Source: a virus. Taken from it: DNA of 64,000 bases. Positions 20,956 through 31,392 of the stretch are shown here, one piece after another. The position numbers were made by a program, and so were the translations under genes. The notes under the pieces are model-generated. The model was given only the letters and a program-made list of their open reading frames with translations. It was not told where the DNA came from and searched no databases. Position 1 is the stretch's first letter, and every line of letters starts with the position of its first letter. The stretch lies in IMG/VR virus record IMGVR_UViG_2922401287_000007. One strand, 5' to 3'.

Positions 20956-21321
20956 CTACTTTCTCCTTGAGTGACCGTTGGTACGCTTCTTCGGTTTGGA
21001 TTGCGCTTTGCGCTCTTGCCGCGCCAGCCAATCGGCGGCCACCTTGCGCTCGGACTCGACGTCGATCTCCTTTTTCTTGACGAACTCTTCCTCGTAACCG
21101 AGCGAGGTGATCACGGCAGCGATGGTCGCATGCTGCGGCGATCTCGTCGTGCCGTTGAACCAATTGTCGAGCGTCGAAGTCGAGACGCCCGAGATTTCGT
21201 GAACGATCTTCAGCTTCTTGATCAAACCCTCGTCCTGTATCAGCGTGCGCATCTTGTCGATGACCGGATTTTTGTCGATGTAGGAGTACGTCCGGTAAGT
21301 TCGCAAAAACCCCCTAGCCAT
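20956..21321 (-). CDS. HTH DNA-binding protein
   Basis: HEISGVSTSTLDNWFNGTTRSPQ. Confidence 0.75.
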   Translation of the reverse strand: MARGFLRTYRTYSYIDKNPVIDKMRTLIQDEGLIKKLKIVHEISGVSTSTLDNWFNGTTRSPQHATIAAVITSLGYEEEFVKKKEIDVESERKVAADWLARQERKAQSKPKKRTNGHSRRK

Positions 21322-21967
21322 TGTGCGCTGCTCCCGTCATCTCGATCTTATGTCCCTTCGCCGTCAGTTCGTAGCCGCTGCCGTTCCTCTTGATCAGACC
21401 GCCGCGCTTGGCGCGGTCCAGCACACCTGCAACACTCTTGGGCGACATGCCCTTCGCCGCCATGTGCTTGCGCAAATCGGCAGGCGACACCGGGCCTGCT
21501 TCAAGCGCAGCACGCAGCAAGATGTTGCCTGAGCCGGGAGAGGCGCGGCCCGCAGGCCCATGCTTCACATCAGGAGCTGGCAGCGCAGGCACTGCGCCGC
21601 CGAGCTGAGCCCGCGCCTGGGCGGTGAGTTGGTGCACGCCCTTATTCGCACCAGCTTCAGCAAGGCCTTTCTTGCGCAGCTGATGCACAGCCCCGTAAGC
21701 GCGCGTCTTGTTTCCGCCGAGTGCGGCGCTGATCTCGCTGATGTGCTTCGGCCCCTCCAACAACAGCTTGACGGTGAGCTCCTCAGCGCTCTCGCCGTTG
21801 CGAGCCTTCGCAGCTGCTTCCTCTAGCTGCTTCCGTCCAGCTCCTTGACCGCCGTGGCCGAGGTCGAGATGCAGGTCTACTATTCCGGGCATGTCATTTA
21901 GTTTGCGCAGCACGGGGCCGAGCGCGATCTCTTCTACTTCGAGTCTGATAGGAAACGTTTTAGGCAT
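21314..21967 (-). CDS. Protein with two winged-helix-like domains
   Basis: AYGAVHQLRKKGL and GVLDRAKRGGLIKRNGSGYELT. Confidence 0.6.
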   Translation of the reverse strand: MPKTFPIRLEVEEIALGPVLRKLNDMPGIVDLHLDLGHGGQGAGRKQLEEAAAKARNGESAEELTVKLLLEGPKHISEISAALGGNKTRAYGAVHQLRKKGLAEAGANKGVHQLTAQARAQLGGAVPALPAPDVKHGPAGRASPGSGNILLRAALEAGPVSPADLRKHMAAKGMSPKSVAGVLDRAKRGGLIKRNGSGYELTAKGHKIEMTGAAHNG

Positions 21968-22233
21968 CGCTTTGATCACCTTTGCGTTGATCAGGTTTCA
22001 GGTCGGCGATGTGAGATTGGGGCAGAAGGGTAAAGGCAGCTTGAGATGCCGCACGAGTTTTTCCTCGCCTTTGTCGCACACACTTTTTGCCAAAGGGCGT
22101 CTCGTGCTGCCCCAGCGAGAACGAGACCGACCCCAAAGGAGCTGTTAAAATAAGTGACACCGTGTCGGTTGTATAGCGCAGCAAAATATCTTCGGTCGTG
22201 GGCGAGTACACACTGCCACCAATGCGTGATTTC

Positions 22234-22259
22234 AAAAACGAGCCCCGCCGAAGCGGGGC
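22234..22259 (-). terminator. Terminator of the tail operon
   Basis: Minus strand GCCCCGC-TTCG-GCGGGGC-TCGTTTTT. Confidence 0.8.
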
Positions 22260-22274
22260 CAAAGCTAGGGAGAA

Positions 22275-22290
22275 TATGCGGTTTGTGACA
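22275..22290. promoter_or_regulatory. TATGCG-N4-GTGACA motif, copy 2
   Basis: TATGCGGTTTGTGACA. Confidence 0.55.
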
Positions 22291-22314
22291 GGCGTCATCC
22301 CGGTGCCGCAGCTC

Positions 22315-24213
22315 TCATGAGCTTGCTGCTTTCAGCGCGTCGATCTCCGCGCGCAGCTCATCGTTCTGCGTCGATAGCCGCTGCACCGCCGACCACAGTG
22401 TCGTCAGCATGTAGCGGTCGTTGATCGCCTTGATCGACATCTCCTCTTCGCCGAGCGCTTCGGCTTCCTTGCTGTCCAGCTCCGGGATGTCGATGTGCTT
22501 GAGCGCCGCGCGCATCACACGGTCCACAGCCGGGATGCCAATGTCGCGAACGGCAATCGGCACGAGCAGTTCGACATCCTGTGCATTCCAGCCGTACAGC
22601 GTTTCGTTGGCGACATCACCGCGCCCGAAAAACATCTCGCGCGCCGCTGGGTTCGCTGGCGTGAATTCGTTCACCGTCAGCGCATTGACGACGGCGAGCG
22701 CGGCAGCAGGATCAGCCTGCCTGGTGACGGCTTTGACGCGGGCGTCAGACGTTTGCCAAGCGCCTGCGGCAAGGAAGGCGCCGGTGTTGCCGTAGAACGA
22801 AAAGGTGGTGCCGGACAGGTTCTCGCCGCTCATGCCGTAAAGGCTGGTGCCGTTCGCCCATCCGAGGACCCCGGCGAAGCCTGGTCCATTGGCCCGAAAG
22901 TCACCGGCATAGCTTGCGGTTGCGCCGATGACGCTCAACGCTGTTATATTGGTGGCGTTCGGTTGGTTGATCGACAGCCCACCGGAACTCGCAAAAACCG
23001 CCCTGACGATGCCAGAGAAGCAGATGTTGATCGGGATCGTGCCAGCGCTCAGATTGATGTTGTAGCCGCTCGCATCGACGCCAAGCGTTCCGTAGGTCAC
23101 GCCGCCTGTGCGGTAAAGCGTGATCGCCCCGAAACCATTGTCGCCGGTCATGGCAATCGACTTCGGCTGCCACTGACCCTGCTGCGTCAGCGTCGCGGTC
23201 GTATTCAGCGTCATCTGACCGCCAGCGGCGACCGAAGCGGGTGACGCAAAGAAATTCAGATTGCCTGTCGGTGGATCATCAATGATCGCGACACCATAAC
23301 CGGCGCTCTGCGCTAACCATTGCGAGCCATCGGCGCTCACGAAGACATTGAACCCCAAGCTGGCATCAATCGACATTGAATAGCTGCCGACAGACGCGGG
23401 GTAGGCCGGTGCAGGTCGCACTGAGCCGACGCGCAGCGCGCCGGTCATTCGGTCGCCCGCCTTGATGACACGCGAGGTGTCGGATGGGTGAACGTGATCC
23501 TCGCGCGAGAAGTTACCCGAGACGCCGACAGCGCCGACGCTGGCCATGATCGGCGTAGCGGTGCCTGGACTGCCTGCACCGGGCACGCCTTGAACGCCCT
23601 GCGGGCCTTGCGGACCAACCAGCGACGTGCCTGACGGCCACGCGCCGCCAGCCTTCGGCCCATAGATGAAGTTGGTTGCGGTGTTGATGTAGAAGTTGCC
23701 GTTGACGCCGATCCCGGCAGTCGGCGCAACGGTGCCGTACAGCACGGTGTTGCCATCGACGCCCGGATTGCCCTGCGGCCCTTGCACGCCCTGCGCGCCT
23801 TGCGGGCCGGTATTGCCGATCACGCCTTGCGGGCCGGTATTGCCCTGCACGCCCTGCGGCCCCGGCGGCCCCGGCACTGTCGAGGCTGCGCCGGTCGGGC
23901 CGACAGGGCCTTCCGGGCCGACAGGGCCTTGGATGCCTTGCGCGCCCTGCGGCCCCTGCGGGCCTGTCAGGAGCACAGGCGCAGGCCAGATGCCGCCTTC
24001 CTTCGGCCCGTAGAATTGATGGGTCTCCTCGTTGTAGTAGAAGTCGCCATCGACGCCGAGCGAGCTGGTGGGATCGCTGGTGCCGCTCAGCACCGAATTG
24101 CCGCGCGCTCCAGGCGGGCCCTGATCGGGTGAGATGATGATCGCAACATCGTCCTGAATGATCTCGACCTCGCCGGTCACATCCAGCGTCTGCGTGATCG
24201 AAAAGTCGTTCAT
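22315..24213 (-). CDS. Tail fibre with collagen-like repeats and C-terminal intramolecular chaperone (S74-like)
   Basis: G-X-Y runs; SDARVK...GWNAQDV...coiled-coil tail. Confidence 0.8.
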   Translation of the reverse strand: MNDFSITQTLDVTGEVEIIQDDVAIIISPDQGPPGARGNSVLSGTSDPTSSLGVDGDFYYNEETHQFYGPKEGGIWPAPVLLTGPQGPQGAQGIQGPVGPEGPVGPTGAASTVPGPPGPQGVQGNTGPQGVIGNTGPQGAQGVQGPQGNPGVDGNTVLYGTVAPTAGIGVNGNFYINTATNFIYGPKAGGAWPSGTSLVGPQGPQGVQGVPGAGSPGTATPIMASVGAVGVSGNFSREDHVHPSDTSRVIKAGDRMTGALRVGSVRPAPAYPASVGSYSMSIDASLGFNVFVSADGSQWLAQSAGYGVAIIDDPPTGNLNFFASPASVAAGGQMTLNTTATLTQQGQWQPKSIAMTGDNGFGAITLYRTGGVTYGTLGVDASGYNINLSAGTIPINICFSGIVRAVFASSGGLSINQPNATNITALSVIGATASYAGDFRANGPGFAGVLGWANGTSLYGMSGENLSGTTFSFYGNTGAFLAAGAWQTSDARVKAVTRQADPAAALAVVNALTVNEFTPANPAAREMFFGRGDVANETLYGWNAQDVELLVPIAVRDIGIPAVDRVMRAALKHIDIPELDSKEAEALGEEEMSIKAINDRYMLTTLWSAVQRLSTQNDELRAEIDALKAASS

Positions 24214-24554
24214 CGCGATGGTCCGGGGTTGACGGTGAGCACGCCAGACCAGAGCTGCTGCTTGACGCCGTTCAGCGTCATCACCAGCGACTGGTCATAG
24301 GGGCCGATGGTCATCTCCAGCAGCCGCTCGCGCGTGATCAGCACGGTGAAGCTGCCGCCCGGTCCATCGGCGATGTCGATCTCTCCGGTGTCGGTCGAGA
24401 GCGTTAGGAAGGCGGTCGCATCCTGCGCATGCCTGCGCGCCTTCATCACGAACGCTGCGCCGGTCAGGTCGATGGGATCACCGCTGAGCGTGCGATAGAG
24501 GAAGCTGCGGAAGAAGTCCGCATCGTTCGCAACGGTGATGTTGACCGTGGCCAT
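24210..24554 (-). CDS. Tail/baseplate accessory protein (BppU N-terminal-like)
   Basis: [14 protein letters not shown]...YDQ motif; position in tail operon. Confidence 0.55.
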   Translation of the reverse strand: MATVNITVANDADFFRSFLYRTLSGDPIDLTGAAFVMKARRHAQDATAFLTLSTDTGEIDIADGPGGSFTVLITRERLLEMTIGPYDQSLVMTLNGVKQQLWSGVLTVNPGPSR

Positions 24555-24557
24555 CGC

Positions 24558-25142
24558 TCAGAATCCCTGATAGGCCGCGTCGATTGCCGCCAGCGTTGTG
24601 ATGCTGCCGCCCGAGATGCCCGCGCTGGTCTGCTCAAAGGCCATGTAACACTGGTTGGTGTGCTCGGCGACCTTGGCCGACATCTGGATCATGGTCGGGG
24701 CATCGACATCGTAGAACAGCCCATCCGAGCCGAACCACTTCGTGGTGTAGGTGCTGTCGGCCAGAGCCAAGGCACGACCATCGGAGATCAGGCCGCGCGA
24801 GCGATCATCGGTCTTGACCGGGATGCCCGCCGCCGTCATGCCGCCGTTGACCTTGTTGAGGCGCGCGGTGCCGTTGTAGTTCTGCAGTTGCGCCTTGCTG
24901 TACTGGCCTGCCGCAGGCTGCGAGAAGTTCGCGCCGTCCCATAGATACAGCGGCAGGAAGTCGCTGACATAGTGGTAGATGTCGGCTTCATCCGGCACCG
25001 AAGGCGCGTCAGCCATGCCGTTGCTCGTGAGCCACGCCGCATAATCGCTGTCGCTGGTCGGCACATAGATGTTGCGCGCCGACGAAAGCACGTTGGCTGC
25101 ATCGCCCGCGACGTGCCAATACCAATCTTTCGGGTTGAACAT
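24558..25142 (-). CDS. DUF4376-like tail fibre assembly protein
   Basis: GIPVKTDDRSRGLI motif; follows a fibre gene. Confidence 0.65.
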   Translation of the reverse strand: MFNPKDWYWHVAGDAANVLSSARNIYVPTSDSDYAAWLTSNGMADAPSVPDEADIYHYVSDFLPLYLWDGANFSQPAAGQYSKAQLQNYNGTARLNKVNGGMTAAGIPVKTDDRSRGLISDGRALALADSTYTTKWFGSDGLFYDVDAPTMIQMSAKVAEHTNQCYMAFEQTSAGISGGSITTLAAIDAAYQGF

Positions 25143-25154
25143 CGAAGCGCTCCC

Positions 25155-26451
25155 TTAATTGTACTGGCCGCCGCTTGTGAGGACGCCCGGTTGGTTGCCG
25201 GGGAAGTAGCTCGCGCCAGACCCCTGCGTGTTGATGACGCCGTTGAGGGCGGCGAAATACTTCTGGCCGGTGACGAAGCCTGCGCCGGGGAAGGTCGGTG
25301 CGCCTGGCACCGGCACCGCAATCGATCCGTTCGAACTGGCGACGGCAATCGCCGCCGTGACGTTCATTGAACCGGCGAAGTTGAACACTGAACCCTGCTG
25401 CAGGCCGATGAAGCCACTGAAGAAGGCCGCGAAGAGTTCCTGACAGGAGCTGCCCGTGTTGAAGGTGTGGCTGCCGGGATAGAGATAGCCGCCATACGCT
25501 TCGAAAATATAACCGGCAGTCGCGCCCTGCGATGCCGTGTTGATCGTGGCGATCGAGCCGCCGCTTGATGCGGCGAAATTGCACGGCGGGCCTTGGCCGG
25601 TGCCGGTCTGGGTGCAGAGATCGCGCACCACCATGTTGTTGGCGCTGGTGCAGAGGAAGGTGTGCTGGTTGTTGGCTCCCATCACGAAGGTCTGGGTTGG
25701 ACCGGCACCCTTGACGATGATCGACCGGCCAATCACGTTCGGCGTCACGCACGGCTCATTGAAGGTGCCAGCCGACAGATTGATGGTCATCGTGTAGACC
25801 GAAGGGCCCGTACTTGAACGTCTCCTGCATCGCGCGAACGATGGTCCTGAACGGGCCGTGCGGCGCGGCGACAACCGCCTGCGAGCCATCGTACAGCGCG
25901 TCGTCGCCGGTCACTGGGTTGACGTAAAGATTGGTGTTGGCGGCGAGGATCGGCACGAAGGCCGCAGGCGCGAACGATGCGCCGTACAGCTCGAAATTTC
26001 CGTGCGGTCCATTGTAGACAAGCAGCGCCCAGTAGCCACCCGGAAGATCACCGGCCTGCAGCGCAGGGCCGCCGCGCCGCACGATGTTCTTGCCGCTCAA
26101 CCCGTTGATCGAAAGCACCGCAGGGCCGGTGTTGGTGATCGCGACCCGCACCCAGACGAACATGCCGTCGATGTACGCGGTCAGCGCCGGGGTCAGGGCA
26201 ATCGAAAGAATGTTCACCGCGCCGCTGTCGATGCCTCTGATCACGCCAGCGGATTGCACCGACTTCGATGTCTGGTGCAGGTCCGCATTGTCAGGCACCA
26301 GCCCCGCATCGGTGAAGAAGTTGACCAGCTCGCGCTGCGGATACTCAATCGAAGCCGCTGGCGGGATCGAGCCCATCTGCCCGGTGGAGGGATCGCCGTT
26401 GATGTACGGGCCGTTCGGATCGCTCACGCCATATGGTGCGTTGTACTTCAT
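25155..26451 (-). pseudogene. Tail fibre/spike gene with one +1 frameshift at ~25805
   Basis: N-terminus MKYNAPYG...TFKYGP continues as SVYTMTINLSAGTF in another frame; may be a sequencing error. Confidence 0.7.
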
Positions 26452-26466
26452 TTGCTTTCCCCGCCG

Positions 26467-27234
26467 CTATGGCGTCCCAGCCATCGGATCGCCCGGATCG
26501 CTGAGACCGGAATAGTCGAAGATGATCTGCGTGTGCGCTGGCTTCCAACGGTTGAGCAGGCACTCAAGGTCATCGGCCAACTTGATGCGCAGATGAGGAT
26601 CGGCGCCGCACTGGCTCGATGCGCAGCGAAACCAGACGAGGCCCGCCTGATGCACATGCACCGTCCAATAGAAGCGGTTGGTGTCGGGGCCGAGCCCGTA
26701 GTATGACCATTCCGACAGCTCGCCGAGCGCGACGTTCTCGCCGTCCGGATTTTTGATCGGCTGGCCCCACTCGTTGTACATCGGGTTGGAGCCGTCGCCG
26801 TGAACGCGATTGTCCCCGACGCGGTCGAGGCCGACCACGAAGGTCCGGTATTCGGTGATCGTGACCGAGTAGCCGATCTGCGCGGCGATGCCGATGAAGA
26901 ACTCGCGCGACTGCGCGCCCTGCATCGTCATGCGCATGATCAGCGCCTGCTGCCGCTCTGCGATACTTTGCGGGCTTTGATAGCAGGGATCGGGCAGGCC
27001 CCAGTTGCGCTCCCAGTCCCGCAGCAGCTCGACGGTCTGGCGCGGATCGCTCTCGCGCTCCAGCAGATCGGCGGCGCGGCCATCCACGAAGCCCCAGTAA
27101 TCGCACAGGCCGGTGATCCCGCGCACCGTAGTGCTGTCAGGCGCGTGCCTCGGCCATGCTTGGCCCTGCGGCAGCAACGCGAGATAGGCCTCGGTGTAGT
27201 CGCTGCCGCTGCGCCGGATGTGACGGTCGCTCAT
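26467..27234 (-). CDS. Mu gp48/YmfQ (DUF2313)-like baseplate protein
   Basis: LLPQGQAWPR, LLRDWERNWGLPD and RWKPAHT motifs. Confidence 0.85.
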   Translation of the reverse strand: MSDRHIRRSGSDYTEAYLALLPQGQAWPRHAPDSTTVRGITGLCDYWGFVDGRAADLLERESDPRQTVELLRDWERNWGLPDPCYQSPQSIAERQQALIMRMTMQGAQSREFFIGIAAQIGYSVTITEYRTFVVGLDRVGDNRVHGDGSNPMYNEWGQPIKNPDGENVALGELSEWSYYGLGPDTNRFYWTVHVHQAGLVWFRCASSQCGADPHLRIKLADDLECLLNRWKPAHTQIIFDYSGLSDPGDPMAGTP

Positions 27235-28346
27235 CAGACGTAACTGATGGTGCCGAGCACCGCCATGCTACCGACCGATGCCATCACGTAGTCGCTGGTG
27301 GAGACCAGCCGGAAGGACTGCACATGCGGGGCGCTCATGATGGCGAAGCTGACCCACGCCGCGAAGATGGTTTGTCCAGGCGCGGCTTTCAGGAACAGCA
27401 TGCCGCGAATGCTGGCCTCGATCTCGGCCTTGGCTTCATCGGTGTCAGGCATCAGCTCGGCAATGTTGACATCAATGAACTGCTTGATCGGCGCGACCAC
27501 GTAGCAATCCTTGACGGTGACCGGGCGCATCTTGTCGATGTAGTCGGCAACCCGCTGGATATCGTCAGGCTGCGGCCAGCCGTCGTCATCGGGATAGAGA
27601 TCGTCCATCAGGAAGCGCACGGTGATGGTGCCGACGCCTTGCTCTGGCGCGGCCCATGCGCGCGTCACGCCGGGGACCGCAAGCGCCCATTGCTCATAGT
27701 CGGCGATGCTGCCGCCCATCGGCGGGTTCTGGATGCGGTGCAGGATGCGGGATCGCAGCTGCGCATCGGTCTCGATGTCGGTGCCGCCGCTGACGTGGAT
27801 GGTCGAGGCCGAGCCGACGCTATTGACGGGCGGCACGATGATCAGCGAGGAGCCATCGGGAATATTGCCGAGCGTGCCGGAATCGAGCGCGCGGATGTTG
27901 GCGACGACAGGCGCGGCGACCGAGACGGTGATGTCCTCCAGAGTCTCGAAGGTCAGGCTCTGGTTCGGCGAGTCGGTATTGGCAGGCATGCCGAATCCGC
28001 TCTGCAGCTGCGTGAAGGCTGGCAGCACGGTGCCATTGGTGGTGCCGATGATGTTGGCGGTGCCGGTCGCCAGCGCGGGCATCTTACGGCCTGTCGATCC
28101 ATCGGAATTGACCAGCCAGATATCGCCATGGCGGTCGAGCCATTCGGTCTCGGCTGTGTCAGGCAGCAGCTGCAGCGAGAGCCAGTCGATATACTGCAGG
28201 GTCAGATGGCAGAGCGCGCCCTGGTTGTCCGATAGCACGCGCAGCACGCTGTTGGGCACATTGGCATCGGCTCCAGGCAGCGATGCATTCACGGCATCGC
28301 GCACCAGCGAGCGGACTTCTCGCAGTGTTGGTGTTGACCAAGGCAT
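27234..28346 (-). CDS. Baseplate J / Mu gp47-like protein
   Basis: GGTDIETDAQLRSRIL and DYEQWALAVPGVTRAW motifs. Confidence 0.9.
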   Translation of the reverse strand: MPWSTPTLREVRSLVRDAVNASLPGADANVPNSVLRVLSDNQGALCHLTLQYIDWLSLQLLPDTAETEWLDRHGDIWLVNSDGSTGRKMPALATGTANIIGTTNGTVLPAFTQLQSGFGMPANTDSPNQSLTFETLEDITVSVAAPVVANIRALDSGTLGNIPDGSSLIIVPPVNSVGSASTIHVSGGTDIETDAQLRSRILHRIQNPPMGGSIADYEQWALAVPGVTRAWAAPEQGVGTITVRFLMDDLYPDDDGWPQPDDIQRVADYIDKMRPVTVKDCYVVAPIKQFIDVNIAELMPDTDEAKAEIEASIRGMLFLKAAPGQTIFAAWVSFAIMSAPHVQSFRLVSTSDYVMASVGSMAVLGTISYV

Positions 28347-28349
28347 CCG

Positions 28350-28868
28350 CTACGGCCCCATCGCGTCCCAGAGCACCTCGTAACGCAGATCAATCGGCTG
28401 CGCGGGTCCTCGATAAACTCTCAGCAGTGCGTCGATGCGTTGCGTGTCCACGCGGTTCACCCAGACATCGAAGCTGGAGCAAACCTTGCGATCCACGAAT
28501 GGCTGCATGGCGACGCGAATGTAGTTCTCGACCATCATCACGGTGGAGCCCTCGCGCGCCGATGCCGGGTTGATCTTGGCGCGGCGCAGCAGCCACAGCT
28601 TCGAGCCGATGGGCCAGCCGTTCCAGATCAGCTCGGCGTCGAGATCGCCCCACCAGCCGCAGCGATCGTTGCTGTCAGGATCGGGCAGCACATCATCAGG
28701 CGCGGCCAGCGCGTTGGTGCCGAGCGCAACGCAGACCGCTGTCGCCAACGCCTGCGAGTCGTCCAGCGTGCCATCGGGCAGCAGCAGCCAGTCCAGCGTG
28801 ACGGAATATTTCGGAAAGATATTGTTCTGGACCAGCCGGATGTCGGGGACATTCGCGGCGCTGCTCAT
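28350..28868 (-). CDS. Mu gp46-like baseplate protein
   Basis: RCGWWGD and GSKLWLLRRAK motifs. Confidence 0.85.
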   Translation of the reverse strand: MSSAANVPDIRLVQNNIFPKYSVTLDWLLLPDGTLDDSQALATAVCVALGTNALAAPDDVLPDPDSNDRCGWWGDLDAELIWNGWPIGSKLWLLRRAKINPASAREGSTVMMVENYIRVAMQPFVDRKVCSSFDVWVNRVDTQRIDALLRVYRGPAQPIDLRYEVLWDAMGP

Positions 28869-28871
28869 CGC

Positions 28872-29636
28872 TCACCCGACCTTGGCGTAGACGTTGACCG
28901 AGAGTCCTGCGTCGGTGCCGACGCGCCCGAAAGTGGCTTCGCCTTTCTTGGCCCCGAGGTAGACCTCGCCGCCGACGACATGCACATAGATTTTTCCGTC
29001 ATCGAGCATCAGGTGCGCTTCCTTGCCCGCGAGGCGCGTGGCTCCAGCGGTGACATCGACAAAGCGGCTGGCCTTCTGGTTGTCCTTCTTGAGCGATTCC
29101 TGCCCGCGCTTTTGCTGGCCGCCCTGCGATCCGCCAGCGCTGCCATCGAGCGCCTGCACGCCCGCGCCACCGCTGCTCTGGCTGGAATTGCCTTCGCTGT
29201 CCTGATCGACCAGCGCCATGCGCACGGTCTTGTTCTGCGGCGCGCTCCAGAATCCACCATCCTGCGTCATGTGGAATTGCTGCTTGTCGCCGCGCCCGCG
29301 AAACATCGCGGTGTCGCCTTTGTCCAGCTTGTAGAGCCGATGCCGCCGATCATCCATCGGGCCCGATGCCGGGAAGGATCGGTTGCCGCCCATGAATCCG
29401 ATGAAGGTCTCGGCGCTCGCGGTGATCTTGCCGTCCTGCCCCTTCTCGGCATCAAACACCACGCTGGTGAAACCATAATTCTGCGCGGCCTCGATCTCGG
29501 AGCGGGTCTCGTTGGCCATAAAGTTGCCGCCCATCTCCTGCATCAGCTTGGTGTCGTCCACCTTATCGACGACGCTGCGCGCCCCGCCTGCGGTATAGGC
29601 GCGGATCGAAGTATTAAGCGGCGTGGCCCGGTGCAT
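28872..29636 (-). CDS. Mu gp45-like baseplate spike
   Basis: QNYGFTSV and DDRRHRLYKLDKGDTAMF motifs. Confidence 0.8.
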   Translation of the reverse strand: MHRATPLNTSIRAYTAGGARSVVDKVDDTKLMQEMGGNFMANETRSEIEAAQNYGFTSVVFDAEKGQDGKITASAETFIGFMGGNRSFPASGPMDDRRHRLYKLDKGDTAMFRGRGDKQQFHMTQDGGFWSAPQNKTVRMALVDQDSEGNSSQSSGGAGVQALDGSAGGSQGGQQKRGQESLKKDNQKASRFVDVTAGATRLAGKEAHLMLDDGKIYVHVVGGEVYLGAKKGEATFGRVGTDAGLSVNVYAKVG

Positions 29637-29647
29637 AGTCTGCTCCT

Positions 29648-30718
29648 CTAGCCGGGGTTGAAGTTCGCGCGATCTCGCAGCAGCTCGGGGTTCACCAGAT
29701 CGAGCGTGGTCAGCGTCCCGGTATTGTTGTCCTGGGTGAATGTGCAGTTCTGCATTTTCATATTGTTGTTCAGCATCGCCATCGGCGAGTAGACGAAGAC
29801 ATCATCGCCTGCGCGCCAGAGGCTGGAGCCATCGCGCAGCCAGCCTTGCACCACGATGGTTGCCTGAATCGTGGTGCCTTCATGCCAGACGCTTTCGTTC
29901 TTCGCGCGGGCCTGTATCTCGGCCTGCGTCTTCACCGGCTGCTCGGCGGCAGTGATCAGCTTGCTGAACACCGGGGATGAGCCGCCGACCTTGCCGGTCA
30001 GCTCGCTGGCGGCAGTGCCTGAATTGTCGTCGCTGGCTGGTGCCTGCCCATCGACCCGATATTCGGTATAGGTATGCTCGTGCGTGATCACGCACTGGCA
30101 TGATTTGATGTTCTGGCCTTCCACCAGCTGGGCCACGACAGCCCCGGAATGATCGCCGATCAGCAGGAAGTTGCCCTGACTATCCGAGCCCATCACCACG
30201 CCGCGAGGTCGCGCGATGCGTTCAAGGAAGTCCCAGACCAGCTCGCCCTTTTCGTTCTGCAGCTTGTCGAACGGCGTCATGTCGGGCAAGCCGATCACTT
30301 TCAGCCCGACGCCATAGGAGGAGATCACCTCCTGCGCCACCTGCACGATGTTCTTCTTGTCGAAGTTGCCGGTCTTGGTATCAACGCTTGAGCGCGCCGC
30401 CCAGGCGGTGGCGCTCTTGCCGATCAGCATCACGCCGTGCGCGTGCGCGTCATAGGCGACCTGTCGCGTCTCGATGTAGCCGCTGACCGCGCGCTGCCCA
30501 GCCAGATCGATGGTGCATTGATCACCCGGCTTGAACTGCAGCTTTGCGATCAGCGGGAAGGGCCCGCCCTTCTTGTTGATGATCGGGTCGCGCTCGGCTG
30601 CAGTGAAGCGGAAATAGGTGAAGCTGTCGGCCCAGCGGTGCTGCACCCAGACCGATTCCCAGTCTTCGAACTTCTGGCCGTTGACTTCAAGAACGGCGAC
30701 TTCTTGCGGTTTCGGCAT
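29648..30718 (-). CDS. Mu gp44 (P)-like baseplate hub
   Basis: LEVNGQKFEDWESVWV; gene order. Confidence 0.8.
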   Translation of the reverse strand: MPKPQEVAVLEVNGQKFEDWESVWVQHRWADSFTYFRFTAAERDPIINKKGGPFPLIAKLQFKPGDQCTIDLAGQRAVSGYIETRQVAYDAHAHGVMLIGKSATAWAARSSVDTKTGNFDKKNIVQVAQEVISSYGVGLKVIGLPDMTPFDKLQNEKGELVWDFLERIARPRGVVMGSDSQGNFLLIGDHSGAVVAQLVEGQNIKSCQCVITHEHTYTEYRVDGQAPASDDNSGTAASELTGKVGGSSPVFSKLITAAEQPVKTQAEIQARAKNESVWHEGTTIQATIVVQGWLRDGSSLWRAGDDVFVYSPMAMLNNNMKMQNCTFTQDNNTGTLTTLDLVNPELLRDRANFNPG

Positions 30719-30723
30719 GATGA

Positions 30724-31392
30724 TCAGGCCGACAGCGCTTGGCCGCTCGGCTGGCAGAAAGCCGGATGCACGACCTTGTTCTCGGCGCGCAGCTCATCGC
30801 TGCGCGAGGCGTCGGCATAGAGTTTGTAAGCCATCACCAGACTCGGCAGCGGCTCGTAAAATCTGAAGTTGACCACGCGCGGCAGCGGTCGCGCGGTCGC
30901 TGCCAGATGCTGAGTGACGGCACCATGCAGCGCCACCAGCATCTGGAAAGTCATCTGGTCCATATCGTCGGCGGCGATCTCCTCGGCGTCCTGGAACGGC
31001 TGCTGCAGCTGCTGCTTGATCGCGGTGACATCCTGTCGGCTGACAAAGGTCATGCTGGCGATGATGCGGCACTGCGCGGCGAGGCAAAGCCGGATGCCCG
31101 CGTCCATCACCAGCGCGCCGCCCAGCGTTACCGGGGCCTCGCCCTCGATCTGCTGGCGGACATACTCCAGCTGCTGCGCCTTCGCGCCAGCCTGCCGCGC
31201 CAGCTCGAAGCATTCATCGAGCGGCGGGCCCAGCGCGTCATCGATGCAAAGTTTGTAAGCGTTTGCCCGCGTGTCGCTGATGGCGGTGCGGGCTTCTGAT
31301 CCGGCGCGGCCCTGCGATGGCACGGTGCCAAGCAGATTGGTCAGCATCCGGTCAACTATCGGTGCGGCTTCATTGGCGTCGAGCCGCTTCAT
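30724..31392 (-). CDS. DNA circularisation protein, C-terminal part
   Basis: PSLVMAYKLYADASRSDELRAENKVVHPAF motif; ATG overlaps the upstream TGA. Confidence 0.7.
   Translation of the reverse strand: MKRLDANEAAPIVDRMLTNLLGTVPSQGRAGSEARTAISDTRANAYKLCIDDALGPPLDECFELARQAGAKAQQLEYVRQQIEGEAPVTLGGALVMDAGIRLCLAAQCRIIASMTFVSRQDVTAIKQQLQQPFQDAEEIAADDMDQMTFQMLVALHGAVTQHLAATARPLPRVVNFRFYEPLPSLVMAYKLYADASRSDELRAENKVVHPAFCQPSGQALSA

Noticed and set aside
22070-22095. Sigma54 promoter on the minus strand (TGGCA...TGC)
   Set aside because: The -24/-12 spacing is off by two bases
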